A program made the position numbers and the translations under genes. 64,000 nt of DNA. Source: an uncultured virus (IMG/VR IMGVR_UViG_3300032562_000006). Its lineage: Duplodnaviria; Heunggongvirae; Uroviricota; Caudoviricetes. Where the stretch lies: the IMG/VR virus record IMGVR_UViG_3300032562_000006; one strand, 5' to 3'. A model generated the notes under the pieces. It had not been told where the DNA came from and ran no database searches. It worked only from the letters and a program-made list of their open reading frames with translations. Each line of letters starts with the position of its first letter. Position 1 is the stretch's first letter. Shown piece by piece: positions 20,318-28,323 of this stretch.

Positions 20318-20349
20318 GCAGCGCCCGGCCCCTTAGGGCCGGGCGCTGC
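20318..20349 (+). terminator. Hairpin ending the GT2 cassette
   Basis: GCAGCGCCCGGCCC ... GGGCCGGGCGCTGC inverted repeat; no U-tract. Confidence 0.55.
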
Positions 20350-20438
20350 CCGCTGTACGGGCCTGCCATGCGTAAACAGCTATGGTAAACTGGTACTAGG
20401 CTAGTGCAGCACAGTGGCAGCACCAGGAAGGAACAGGA

Positions 20439-21821
20439 ATGGATGAGGAACAGAAGGAAAACGCAGTCCGTGAGCGTGAGCGTGAGCGTGAACTACGTCA
20501 TCTGATGGAGCACGCCCGGGAAATCCGGGAGTCGTACGGTCACTCACTGAACGCGGCTAGTGGCATCATGGGGATATCCGCAAGTAGCATCAGCAGGTAC
20601 GAGACAGGCAAGGCCCGGCCGAAAGACGATTTCGGTAACGTCTACGTGCGGTACCTGCTCAGCCGCCAGCGAGTGGGCAGCTACCCGGTGCTGCTCGCAG
20701 CGATTGACCGCGCAGGGGCAGCATCGCCTTTCCGGCTGATGCCAAGCATCGCTGACAGCCAGGTACCCGGCACTGGGCAGGAGCAGGAGCCGGAGCCTGC
20801 CCCTGTGCTCACTGCAGCGCAGGAGATCAAGCTGGCCCGGCTCGCTGCCATCATGGAAGCTGAAAGCCGCCCCGCTCCGGCTCCCCCCGGGGCGCTGGAG
20901 GATCTCCCCAGCCTGGTACAGTGGATTATTGAGCAGGGCGGCGACCCGGACAACTGCAGTCCGGAACTGATCCTGACTGGAGCGCTGCAGTGTCAGCGCG
21001 TGGTACTGGCAGACCGCCAGATGGCGCTGGACTGGGTCAGCTACGCGCACCCGGACAAGCAGCGCACGTGCAGGCAGACGGTGTGGGAGGGGTTTGCCGA
21101 GCAGATGGACAACGGTGAGTGGGGGCCGGGCGTGGACTCCCCCGTCATGTTTGACACCGAGGGGTGGCAGCGGAACGGCAACCACCGGTCACATGCCATC
21201 GCCGTCAAGGAATCCGACACTCCCGTCCCTGTCTACGCCCTCAACGGGTGCACCGAGGCGATGATCAGGGTCATCGACAAGGGCACCAAGCGGACGGACG
21301 CCGACACCCTGCGCGGGATCGGGGTGCAGAACGGGTCGTCGCTTGTCGCTATCACGGCCCGGCTAATGGACTGGGACACGCGCACTCCCGTCCGGGGAAG
21401 CAAGCAGGGCGCCCCGTATTCCGCTCAGCAGAAGCACGCCTACGCACAGTCTCATCCCGAGGTGGGCCTCGCCATCGCGCGCACTCGCCTGCGGACGGCG
21501 CACCGGCCCAAGTACGTCACTGCCAACACGGCAGCTATCTGTTACACAGTCCTGGCTCGCGTAGATGAGCCAGCCGCTAGTGAGTTCTGGGACGAGTGGG
21601 TGCACCCGTCGGACCGGGAGGGCTTGTTCGAAGTGCTTGAGGAGAGGCTGGAACGCCTGCGGCGCGGCACCCTCACGACAACGGACAGGTGCTCCGACAG
21701 CGTAGTCGAGATCCTGGCGACCGTGTGCTGGGCCTGGAACCACTGGCGCGACGGAACCCTCGTCACTCAGGTGCGGCTCCCCCGCCCCCTGTCCAACCAG
21801 AACTTCCCCTGGCCGCACTGA
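20439..21821 (+). CDS. XRE HTH fused to a ParB-like domain
   Basis: IRESYGHSLNAASGIMGISASSISRYETG (HTH); later M..GEW...F...G...NGNHR..AI...ID.G..RT..D. Confidence 0.7.
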   Translation: MDEEQKENAVRERERERELRHLMEHAREIRESYGHSLNAASGIMGISASSISRYETGKARPKDDFGNVYVRYLLSRQRVGSYPVLLAAIDRAGAASPFRLMPSIADSQVPGTGQEQEPEPAPVLTAAQEIKLARLAAIMEAESRPAPAPPGALEDLPSLVQWIIEQGGDPDNCSPELILTGALQCQRVVLADRQMALDWVSYAHPDKQRTCRQTVWEGFAEQMDNGEWGPGVDSPVMFDTEGWQRNGNHRSHAIAVKESDTPVPVYALNGCTEAMIRVIDKGTKRTDADTLRGIGVQNGSSLVAITARLMDWDTRTPVRGSKQGAPYSAQQKHAYAQSHPEVGLAIARTRLRTAHRPKYVTANTAAICYTVLARVDEPAASEFWDEWVHPSDREGLFEVLEERLERLRRGTLTTTDRCSDSVVEILATVCWAWNHWRDGTLVTQVRLPRPLSNQNFPWPH

Positions 21822-21838
21822 CAAGGAGGAAGGGACAC

Positions 21839-22024
21839 ATGACACTCACAACGGAGCGCCTGCGGCAGACAGTCATCGGCACTCGGTGGCTGTCCCGGAA
21901 GGACAAGAAACGGATACTCGCTTCCATCGATGCGGAGCAGCCTATCACTATCGTCCTGGACGGGGAGACCGTAACGTTTGACCCGCTGTACGCGGATCGG
22001 TGGGAGATGAAGATGTCAGGCTGA
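21839..22024 (+). CDS. Hypothetical protein
   Basis: AGGAGGAAGGG RBS before ATG 21839. Confidence 0.55.
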   Translation: MTLTTERLRQTVIGTRWLSRKDKKRILASIDAEQPITIVLDGETVTFDPLYADRWEMKMSG

Positions 22025-22321
22025 CCTGACTTCAGCCTAGCACGGGACGGGGCGCACGTCAAGGGCGGGCGCGTGGTAGGCTGTTTACGTAGGCAACCGC
22101 GTGCAGCTACGGAAGGAACAGAATGAAGAAGGATCAGCATGGCGATCTTTGCGATGTGCCGTGGGCAGATCGTTACCGCACACCGGAAGCGGCAGGGGAA
22201 GCGGCTAGCAGAGAGTCAGGCAAAAGCAAATCGATCCTCTACGTAGTCGAGCAGTGCAACTATTGCCATTTCTATTATCTGATGGCTAGCGGACTGCGCT
22301 AGATCGTGATAGCCTGGCTGG

Positions 22322-22780
22322 ATGCTGACAGATTACAAGCTCGACCTCCGGGACCGCCTGCTGGCAGAAATGACGGAGGCAGCCGAGGACCTGGGCATCC
22401 AGCCAGGCTTCTACCCGGGTATCAGCCCGGATCAGTTCCGTCACGCCGTGCGCTGGGGGACGGGTCCGTGCCCCGGACAGATCACTGACCGGTGGGATCC
22501 TCCGGGGTTCATCGTATCCGTCCCTCCGCCTCGCGGGCTTGAGCAGGCGCGGAGCAGGCACGGGACTTCTTACATCTGCCCGCTCCCCATTTTCGTGCCG
22601 GGGAGGCTGACGGAATATCACGATGCGGACTGCGACATCGAGGCTCAGGGCTACCGCATCCTGAGTCCGTCCCTGGCACGGGAGCTGGTGCTGCTGTGCG
22701 AGATCACCGGAAAGGAGCCTCAGCGGACGACGCGAACGGCGGAGTGCTCCTGCGGGAGCTGGTACGGTGGATTTTCCTAG
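22322..22780 (+). CDS. Hypothetical protein
   Basis: ORF track; followed by a hairpin at about 22788-22811. Confidence 0.45.
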   Translation: MLTDYKLDLRDRLLAEMTEAAEDLGIQPGFYPGISPDQFRHAVRWGTGPCPGQITDRWDPPGFIVSVPPPRGLEQARSRHGTSYICPLPIFVPGRLTEYHDADCDIEAQGYRILSPSLARELVLLCEITGKEPQRTTRTAECSCGSWYGGFS

Positions 22781-22820
22781 GCTGAGTAGCCCGTCCCGTG
22801 AGGGGCGGGCTGTCTGCGTG

Positions 22821-23081
22821 TCAGCTACGTGAAGTTAGCTGCGCTGCTAGTTCGCCGATTTCGACTTCCATCTTCGAGATGGAACGCTTGAACACGTAGG
22901 GATACTCAAGCTTCACGATTTCCCATCCCTCCTTGCCGAGGGTGTTGAGCACATTCTCGATGGCAACGACGTTCCCGATGCCGAGGTGCACATCGAGGGA
23001 TAGCTGCTGTCCGTCCACGTTCACGGTGCTCCGGCCGAGCACCTTGTACTCGACGGGGGAGCGCTTCAGATTCTCAATCAT
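22821..23081 (-). CDS. DUF4177-like small protein, probably leaderless
   Basis: EYKV...LNTLGKEGWEIV...FKR motif; TTGACA-17-TAGACT (23088-23116) ends 6 nt before the ATG. Confidence 0.65.
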   Translation of the reverse strand: MIENLKRSPVEYKVLGRSTVNVDGQQLSLDVHLGIGNVVAIENVLNTLGKEGWEIVKLEYPYVFKRSISKMEVEIGELAAQLTSRS

Positions 23082-23200
23082 GCTCGCAGTCTAGCACGGG
23101 GCGGGGCGGATGTCAAGCAACTATCATGACATTGCTAACTGTTTACACACCTGGTATACTACAGGGAGTGAGTACCATGCAGCTAGGAAGGAACTGACCG

Positions 23201-24016
23201 ATGTCTTCGCGATATGTCCCGGATCTGAGAGATATAATCGAGGGTACGTATAGCAAGGATCGTTACAGCAGCAAGCTGTCCACCAACATCAGGATCAAGG
23301 TGACAGCCGAAGCTGTCCTAGCAGGGCAGCTAGGAACGAACACGTGTGCTATTCACATCAACGCATCTCAGCAGGCTATGACCGGTGATGGATTCCCCCC
23401 GGAGATAGAAGATATCGATATCATCGGTATCTCAGGAGCGTACCAGGGGATTACACCTTTCCCGGAGATGAATGGTGCAGCCACTCTGAAGAAGAGCGGA
23501 GCACGTATTCTATTCAAAGCAATCTGCCATGACCCTGCCGGTATCCACATCACCACCTGTAATGACACAGGATTGAAGAAGGAACTCGCAAAAACTATCG
23601 AGGAATGTGGTTCTTACCCCCTCGCATTCATTGACGTACGGTACACGAGAGCTCGCGAAGGCGCAGACATGCCTACGGAGCCTAGACGAGCGTGTAAGCG
23701 TCGGGTAGCTAGCAACGCCCTGAGAGCAGCTGCTACTGTCGAGGAGGCTGTCACTATCGCCCGTCGCATGGCACCGACGTATGCCGAGGAGATGATCCCT
23801 GGCTTCCGTCAGGAAGAACTTCCGCCGCTGCTGGAAGAGATCATCGAGAATGTGCAGGCACGCAAGCCCGTCAAACGTGACCGGACAGGTGAGCCTCCTG
23901 TCCGCAAACCAGCGCGACAGAGGAAGGTGCCTGCTAGCCCGTCAGGACAAGCTCAGCAGCCGGGCGGTCAGCCCGTCGAGCGAAGGTCAACTATGAAACG
24001 TTGGGTATCGGAGTAG
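23201..24016 (+). CDS. Hypothetical protein (lower-GC island)
   Basis: TTGCTA-17-TATACT promoter at 23132-23160; AGGAAGGAA RBS. Confidence 0.6.
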   Translation: MSSRYVPDLRDIIEGTYSKDRYSSKLSTNIRIKVTAEAVLAGQLGTNTCAIHINASQQAMTGDGFPPEIEDIDIIGISGAYQGITPFPEMNGAATLKKSGARILFKAICHDPAGIHITTCNDTGLKKELAKTIEECGSYPLAFIDVRYTRAREGADMPTEPRRACKRRVASNALRAAATVEEAVTIARRMAPTYAEEMIPGFRQEELPPLLEEIIENVQARKPVKRDRTGEPPVRKPARQRKVPASPSGQAQQPGGQPVERRSTMKRWVSE

Positions 24017-24205
24017 TTCTGCAGATACCAGGCGGATTCTGAGGGCGGGCGCGGCGAGGATGCGTCCGCCTTCAGCATGTCCGGAAAGTTTTCTGGCTCA
24101 GGGGTTGCGCGCGGCGGATGGGTGTGATACTGTGTAGTCACTGCCTCGTGGATGACATGAGGCGAAGAGTGATTCCGGTATCGAACACCGGCGGAGGTCG
24201 CGAGG

Positions 24206-26059
24206 ATGTCTCGCTTGTACTCAGCGGCGCAGCGCGTCGCCCTGTTCCTCTTGGCCCGAGGTTCATGCAGCTCCTGCGGGAAGCAGTTGAAGCCTGGCTG
24301 GCACGCTGATCATGTGGTGCCTTATCATCTCTCGCCTCTTACTGATGTCGTCAACGGGCAAGCTCTCTGTCCTAAGTGCAACATCAGCAAAGGTGACAAG
24401 ATGCCATCAGATAATACTAGCCGGTACAGCTGGCAGGATGAGTTCATCCGACGCTACCATGCGCTCAACCGGGAGAACTTCACGCTTGTAGCGTGCCCTG
24501 GCTCCGGTAAGACGAGAGCTACTCTCAAACTCGCTAAAGAGCTGATGGAAACAGGTATCATCGACTACCTGTGGATCGTCTGCCCGACCACGCAGATCAA
24601 GAAGCAATGGTGGAAGACTGCCGGGGAACTCGGTATCGACATCGAGTGGCGTTGGGAAAACGGCGACGGTGTGGTGCCCACTGACATGTCAGGTGCAGCC
24701 GTTACCTACGGAGCAGTCACGAACCAGCCGGAACTCCACCGGTACCACGTAGGCAACCACCGCACTCTCGTCATCTTTGATGAGATACATCACGCTAGCG
24801 AGGAGAAAGAATGGGGGGCAAAGAGCCGTCTTGCATTCGAGCTGGCAAAGCGGCGTATTCTTCTCTCCGGTACGCTTTTCCGAAATGATAATTCCTCGAT
24901 CCTGTACGCCCAGTATGACGAGGATGGGTATGCGAAATCTGACTACGACTACGGTTATGACAAAGCACAGCGAGATTTTGTCTGCCGTCCTATCTACTTT
25001 CCTCGCACAGGAGGGATGGTGGAATGGGAGTGGAACAAACTAGAGTTTCAGCACACCTTCGACGACAAGATCTCTCAGGAAAGAGCTGCTCAACGATTGC
25101 GAGCAGCAACTGCGGCAGATCTGGAAGTTATCAATCCGATAGCTGAGCAGATCCTGCGAGACGCTAACGAGAAGCTCAGCGCACTACGCGCTGAAGGTGA
25201 TACTCGTGCGGGTGGCCTGGTCATCGCACAGGGCAAGGACCGGCAGACTGGTGTACGTCATGCTGAGGCAATTGCGTATCACATGGAGCGTATGTTCAAG
25301 CAGCGTCCTGCTGTCGTTATATCAGAGGATGCTGATGCGCTCACAAAGATAGAAAGCTTCCGTAATAACACCGATCGATGGCTGATATCCATCAACATGA
25401 TCAGTGAGGGTGTGGATATTCCACGGCTTCGGGTGCTGTCCTACCTAACAACTATAGCCTCCGAGATGTACTTCGATCAGGCAGCAGGCCGTATCGCTCG
25501 CGGAAGCGATGATGCCTTCTTCTTCTTCCCGGATGAGCCTGTTCTCCGGCAGCATGCTCAGCGTCTTGAAGAACTACGGAAGCTAGCCCTGAAAGAGATG
25601 CAGGAACTCGTGTTCGAACCGTCTGGTGGCGGTGACGGTCCGAAGGACTTGACGTTCCGATCTACCGGCGGGACGCCTGAGAATGCTGGCATCATTTTTG
25701 GCTCGCATCGGATCGATCAGGAAGAGTATGAGAGTGCCCGGATCAAGATAGAAGTCATGGGCTGGCCTAAGCCGATCCCTCATGAAGTGATCAGCAAGTT
25801 CGTGCTAGCACTGCGAGGATACGGGCAGCCCGGCAATGTGCCTGAGGAAGAGCCTCTGGGTGGCCTTCGCAGTGAGCGGAAAGAGCGACTGCGCACTATC
25901 CAGAACAACATCGTTCGCCAGTACTGCTACACGGGCAAGCAGGACTACGCGAAAGTTAACTCGTGGCTCAACTCAGAGGTAGGTATCACTAAGCTGAAGC
26001 ATGCTACGGAGGAGCAGCTCCTCCGACGACTGAAGCTTGCACAGGAGCGCTTTGGATGA
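24206..26059 (+). CDS. HNH endonuclease fused to an SF2 (ResIII/DEAD-like, Rv2917-like) helicase
   Basis: CSSCG...HADHVVP...NGQALCPKCN (HNH); PGSGKT, DEIHH, LSGT, MISEGVDIPRL, QAAGR. Confidence 0.85.
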   Translation: MSRLYSAAQRVALFLLARGSCSSCGKQLKPGWHADHVVPYHLSPLTDVVNGQALCPKCNISKGDKMPSDNTSRYSWQDEFIRRYHALNRENFTLVACPGSGKTRATLKLAKELMETGIIDYLWIVCPTTQIKKQWWKTAGELGIDIEWRWENGDGVVPTDMSGAAVTYGAVTNQPELHRYHVGNHRTLVIFDEIHHASEEKEWGAKSRLAFELAKRRILLSGTLFRNDNSSILYAQYDEDGYAKSDYDYGYDKAQRDFVCRPIYFPRTGGMVEWEWNKLEFQHTFDDKISQERAAQRLRAATAADLEVINPIAEQILRDANEKLSALRAEGDTRAGGLVIAQGKDRQTGVRHAEAIAYHMERMFKQRPAVVISEDADALTKIESFRNNTDRWLISINMISEGVDIPRLRVLSYLTTIASEMYFDQAAGRIARGSDDAFFFFPDEPVLRQHAQRLEELRKLALKEMQELVFEPSGGGDGPKDLTFRSTGGTPENAGIIFGSHRIDQEEYESARIKIEVMGWPKPIPHEVISKFVLALRGYGQPGNVPEEEPLGGLRSERKERLRTIQNNIVRQYCYTGKQDYAKVNSWLNSEVGITKLKHATEEQLLRRLKLAQERFG

Positions 26060-26673
26060 ACGACATGATGAGAGAGCGGGGAGCAGTAGTGAACTCTGCC
26101 GCTCAGGCAATGAGCAGTGGACTGCAGGATCTGGAGACCTTCCCGCTCCTCATCATCCGCATCATCGATGAGGAGATGTGGCGACAGCGAGCTATACCGC
26201 AGCGGCGATGGGAGCTGTCCCGTGAGTTCACTAGCTTCAAAGAGTTTGTGGAATCCCCGCCGCTGGACGGACTGAACACTCGCCTGGACATTCTCAAGGA
26301 TCTGTGCAAGGGGAACACAGTAGCGATAGATGCGATCGATCGCGCAGGTCAGAGGCCGAACGGCGGTGATCGAAGGACGAGTGAAACGATCAGAGTTAAC
26401 ATTGTTAACTCTGATCCTCGGCCGATGGGGAACACTCAAGCTCAAGCTATCCGAAGATTGCGTGATCAACGACCTGATCTACACAGCCGAGTGCTAGCAC
26501 AAGAACTGTCCGCACATGCAGCAATGGTGGAAGCCGGATTTCGGGAACGGGTAGTACAGGTACCCGTGGCTAATCCTGAGCGTGCAGCGCGGGCACTACA
26601 GAGAGCAATGGAGCCTGAGGTACTCCGTCAGCTCATCTCGATCCTCAGGAAGGAGGTACACGGTCATGGGTAA
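26056..26673 (+). CDS. Putative DNA-binding protein coupled to the HNH-helicase
   Basis: ATGA overlap; F.SFKEF...PL.GL and GN......RRL...RPDL...V...ELSAHAAMVEAGFR motifs. Confidence 0.65.
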   Translation: MNDMMRERGAVVNSAAQAMSSGLQDLETFPLLIIRIIDEEMWRQRAIPQRRWELSREFTSFKEFVESPPLDGLNTRLDILKDLCKGNTVAIDAIDRAGQRPNGGDRRTSETIRVNIVNSDPRPMGNTQAQAIRRLRDQRPDLHSRVLAQELSAHAAMVEAGFRERVVQVPVANPERAARALQRAMEPEVLRQLISILRKEVHGHG

Positions 26674-26854
26674 GTTCGCCGGATGGTTCGGAGGGATCTT
26701 CCTCGGTGCCATCGCTAACTGTATCGCTGGTCACATGGTCAACTGTGTGTTCCGTGCAGTAGGGATTGACTGTCCGTTTGAGGACTAGCGAAGGCGAGTG
26801 ACCTCCTGACTATGCCGGGAGGACACATCTCGCATATCATGGTAGGATGTCTAA

Positions 26855-28243
26855 GTGGATGACCTCAAGCTGAGTCCTGATCAGAGCAAGGCTGTCGAAC
26901 GTGCGATCGACTGGTTTAAGAAAGCTCTGCCCGTCAAGTTCTGTGACGACGAGAGTTGTGAGGCAGGCGGTGAGCACTCACATGGTTCAGCTCAGAACTA
27001 TCCTCCGTTCGCTGTCGGCGGCTTGGCAGGGTCGGGAAAGACAGCTCTGGCGGCAGTGATAGCGAAGGAGCTAGGCGTCAGCGTCAAGTTTGCGACGCCG
27101 ACGCATCAGAGCGCTGCCGTGCTGAGGAAGAAGCTCAACGGCTACGCTGCCGGTGAGAAGTCCACGACGTTCCATTCGATTCTGTACAGGCCGATCGAGA
27201 AGCTGTACTGTGCGATCACCCGCAAGCGCGTCCGCCAGATCCCCTGCGCCTGCATGAAGCGCGGGGCCGGTGAATCCTGTGCGTGCCCAGTCCGCTACAC
27301 GAGCTGCGGGACCTGCAAGGAGTGCATCGTCCGGTCGGACGTGGACTTCAAGCTGCGGGATTTCTTCGGCGGGCACTGTGACCTGCTGATACTCGACGAG
27401 TGCTCGATGATCAGTGACCAGCGTATCGCGGAGATGCGCAGCTTCGGCGTGCCGATCCTGATGTTCGGTGACTTCGGCCAGCTGTCCCCCGTCAAGGAGC
27501 GGATGAACCAGTTCATTTCCTCCCCGAACGTCAGGCTGTCGGTCAACCACCGGCAGGGCGAGTCCAGCGGTATCATCGCAGCTGCCTACGAGGCACGTCA
27601 GCACGGGAAGCTCCGGCACGGCAGCTACGGGGACGGCAGCACCGTCTGCGCGTCCGCCAAGGACATCCCTGAAGTGCTGGACGCCATGAACCCCGAGCGC
27701 CTGCAGCCCGGCCCGGACAGCGCGATCATCACGCAGCTGAACCGGACACGTGCCCAGATCAACCGCCGCCTGCACGGCGGCAGCCCGCTCCCGATCCCGG
27801 GTGACCGGGTGGTGTGCCTGGTCAACATCTACAACGGCCTGGACGTGATGGAACCGCTGGCGGACGGGACCTGGAAGGGAAATGGAAAGAGGGAGTTCGT
27901 TTTCAACGGGAGCCGGGGCACCGTCGCCGCCGTCAATCCGTCGAACATGATCAGACCGGACATGACCGAGCTGATCGTCAAGCTGGACGACGGACCGTAC
28001 GTGCACACTATCGCGGTGACGCGGCAGTTCGGCGCGGAGAAAAAGCTGGACCTGTGGCAGGAGAAGCTGCCGAAAGGCTCGGACTTGTGGGACTACTGCT
28101 ACGCGACCACGGCGCACCGCGCTCAAGGGAGCGAGTTCTCGCGGGTGGTCGTGCTCGACACTGCGCCGCCCGAGCCGAAGCGCTGGCTGTACACGTCAGC
28201 AACCCGGGCAAAAGAAAAGCTCCTGGTCATCGACTGGAGGTAG
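26855..28243 (+). CDS. RecD/Dda-like SF1B helicase with Cys-rich insert
   Basis: GLAGSGKT, LDECSM, GDFGQL, HRQ, TAHRAQGSE, LYTSATRA. TGGTAGGAT lies 6 nt upstream of the GTG (leaderless). Confidence 0.88.
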   Translation: MDDLKLSPDQSKAVERAIDWFKKALPVKFCDDESCEAGGEHSHGSAQNYPPFAVGGLAGSGKTALAAVIAKELGVSVKFATPTHQSAAVLRKKLNGYAAGEKSTTFHSILYRPIEKLYCAITRKRVRQIPCACMKRGAGESCACPVRYTSCGTCKECIVRSDVDFKLRDFFGGHCDLLILDECSMISDQRIAEMRSFGVPILMFGDFGQLSPVKERMNQFISSPNVRLSVNHRQGESSGIIAAAYEARQHGKLRHGSYGDGSTVCASAKDIPEVLDAMNPERLQPGPDSAIITQLNRTRAQINRRLHGGSPLPIPGDRVVCLVNIYNGLDVMEPLADGTWKGNGKREFVFNGSRGTVAAVNPSNMIRPDMTELIVKLDDGPYVHTIAVTRQFGAEKKLDLWQEKLPKGSDLWDYCYATTAHRAQGSEFSRVVVLDTAPPEPKRWLYTSATRAKEKLLVIDWR

Positions 28244-28323
28244 CGGAGCCCGAGGGGCAGGAGGTATGATGGCCTCCTGCCCCCTGCACATCGCTCCCCC
28301 TCAAGCGACTACTAGGAGAGTAC

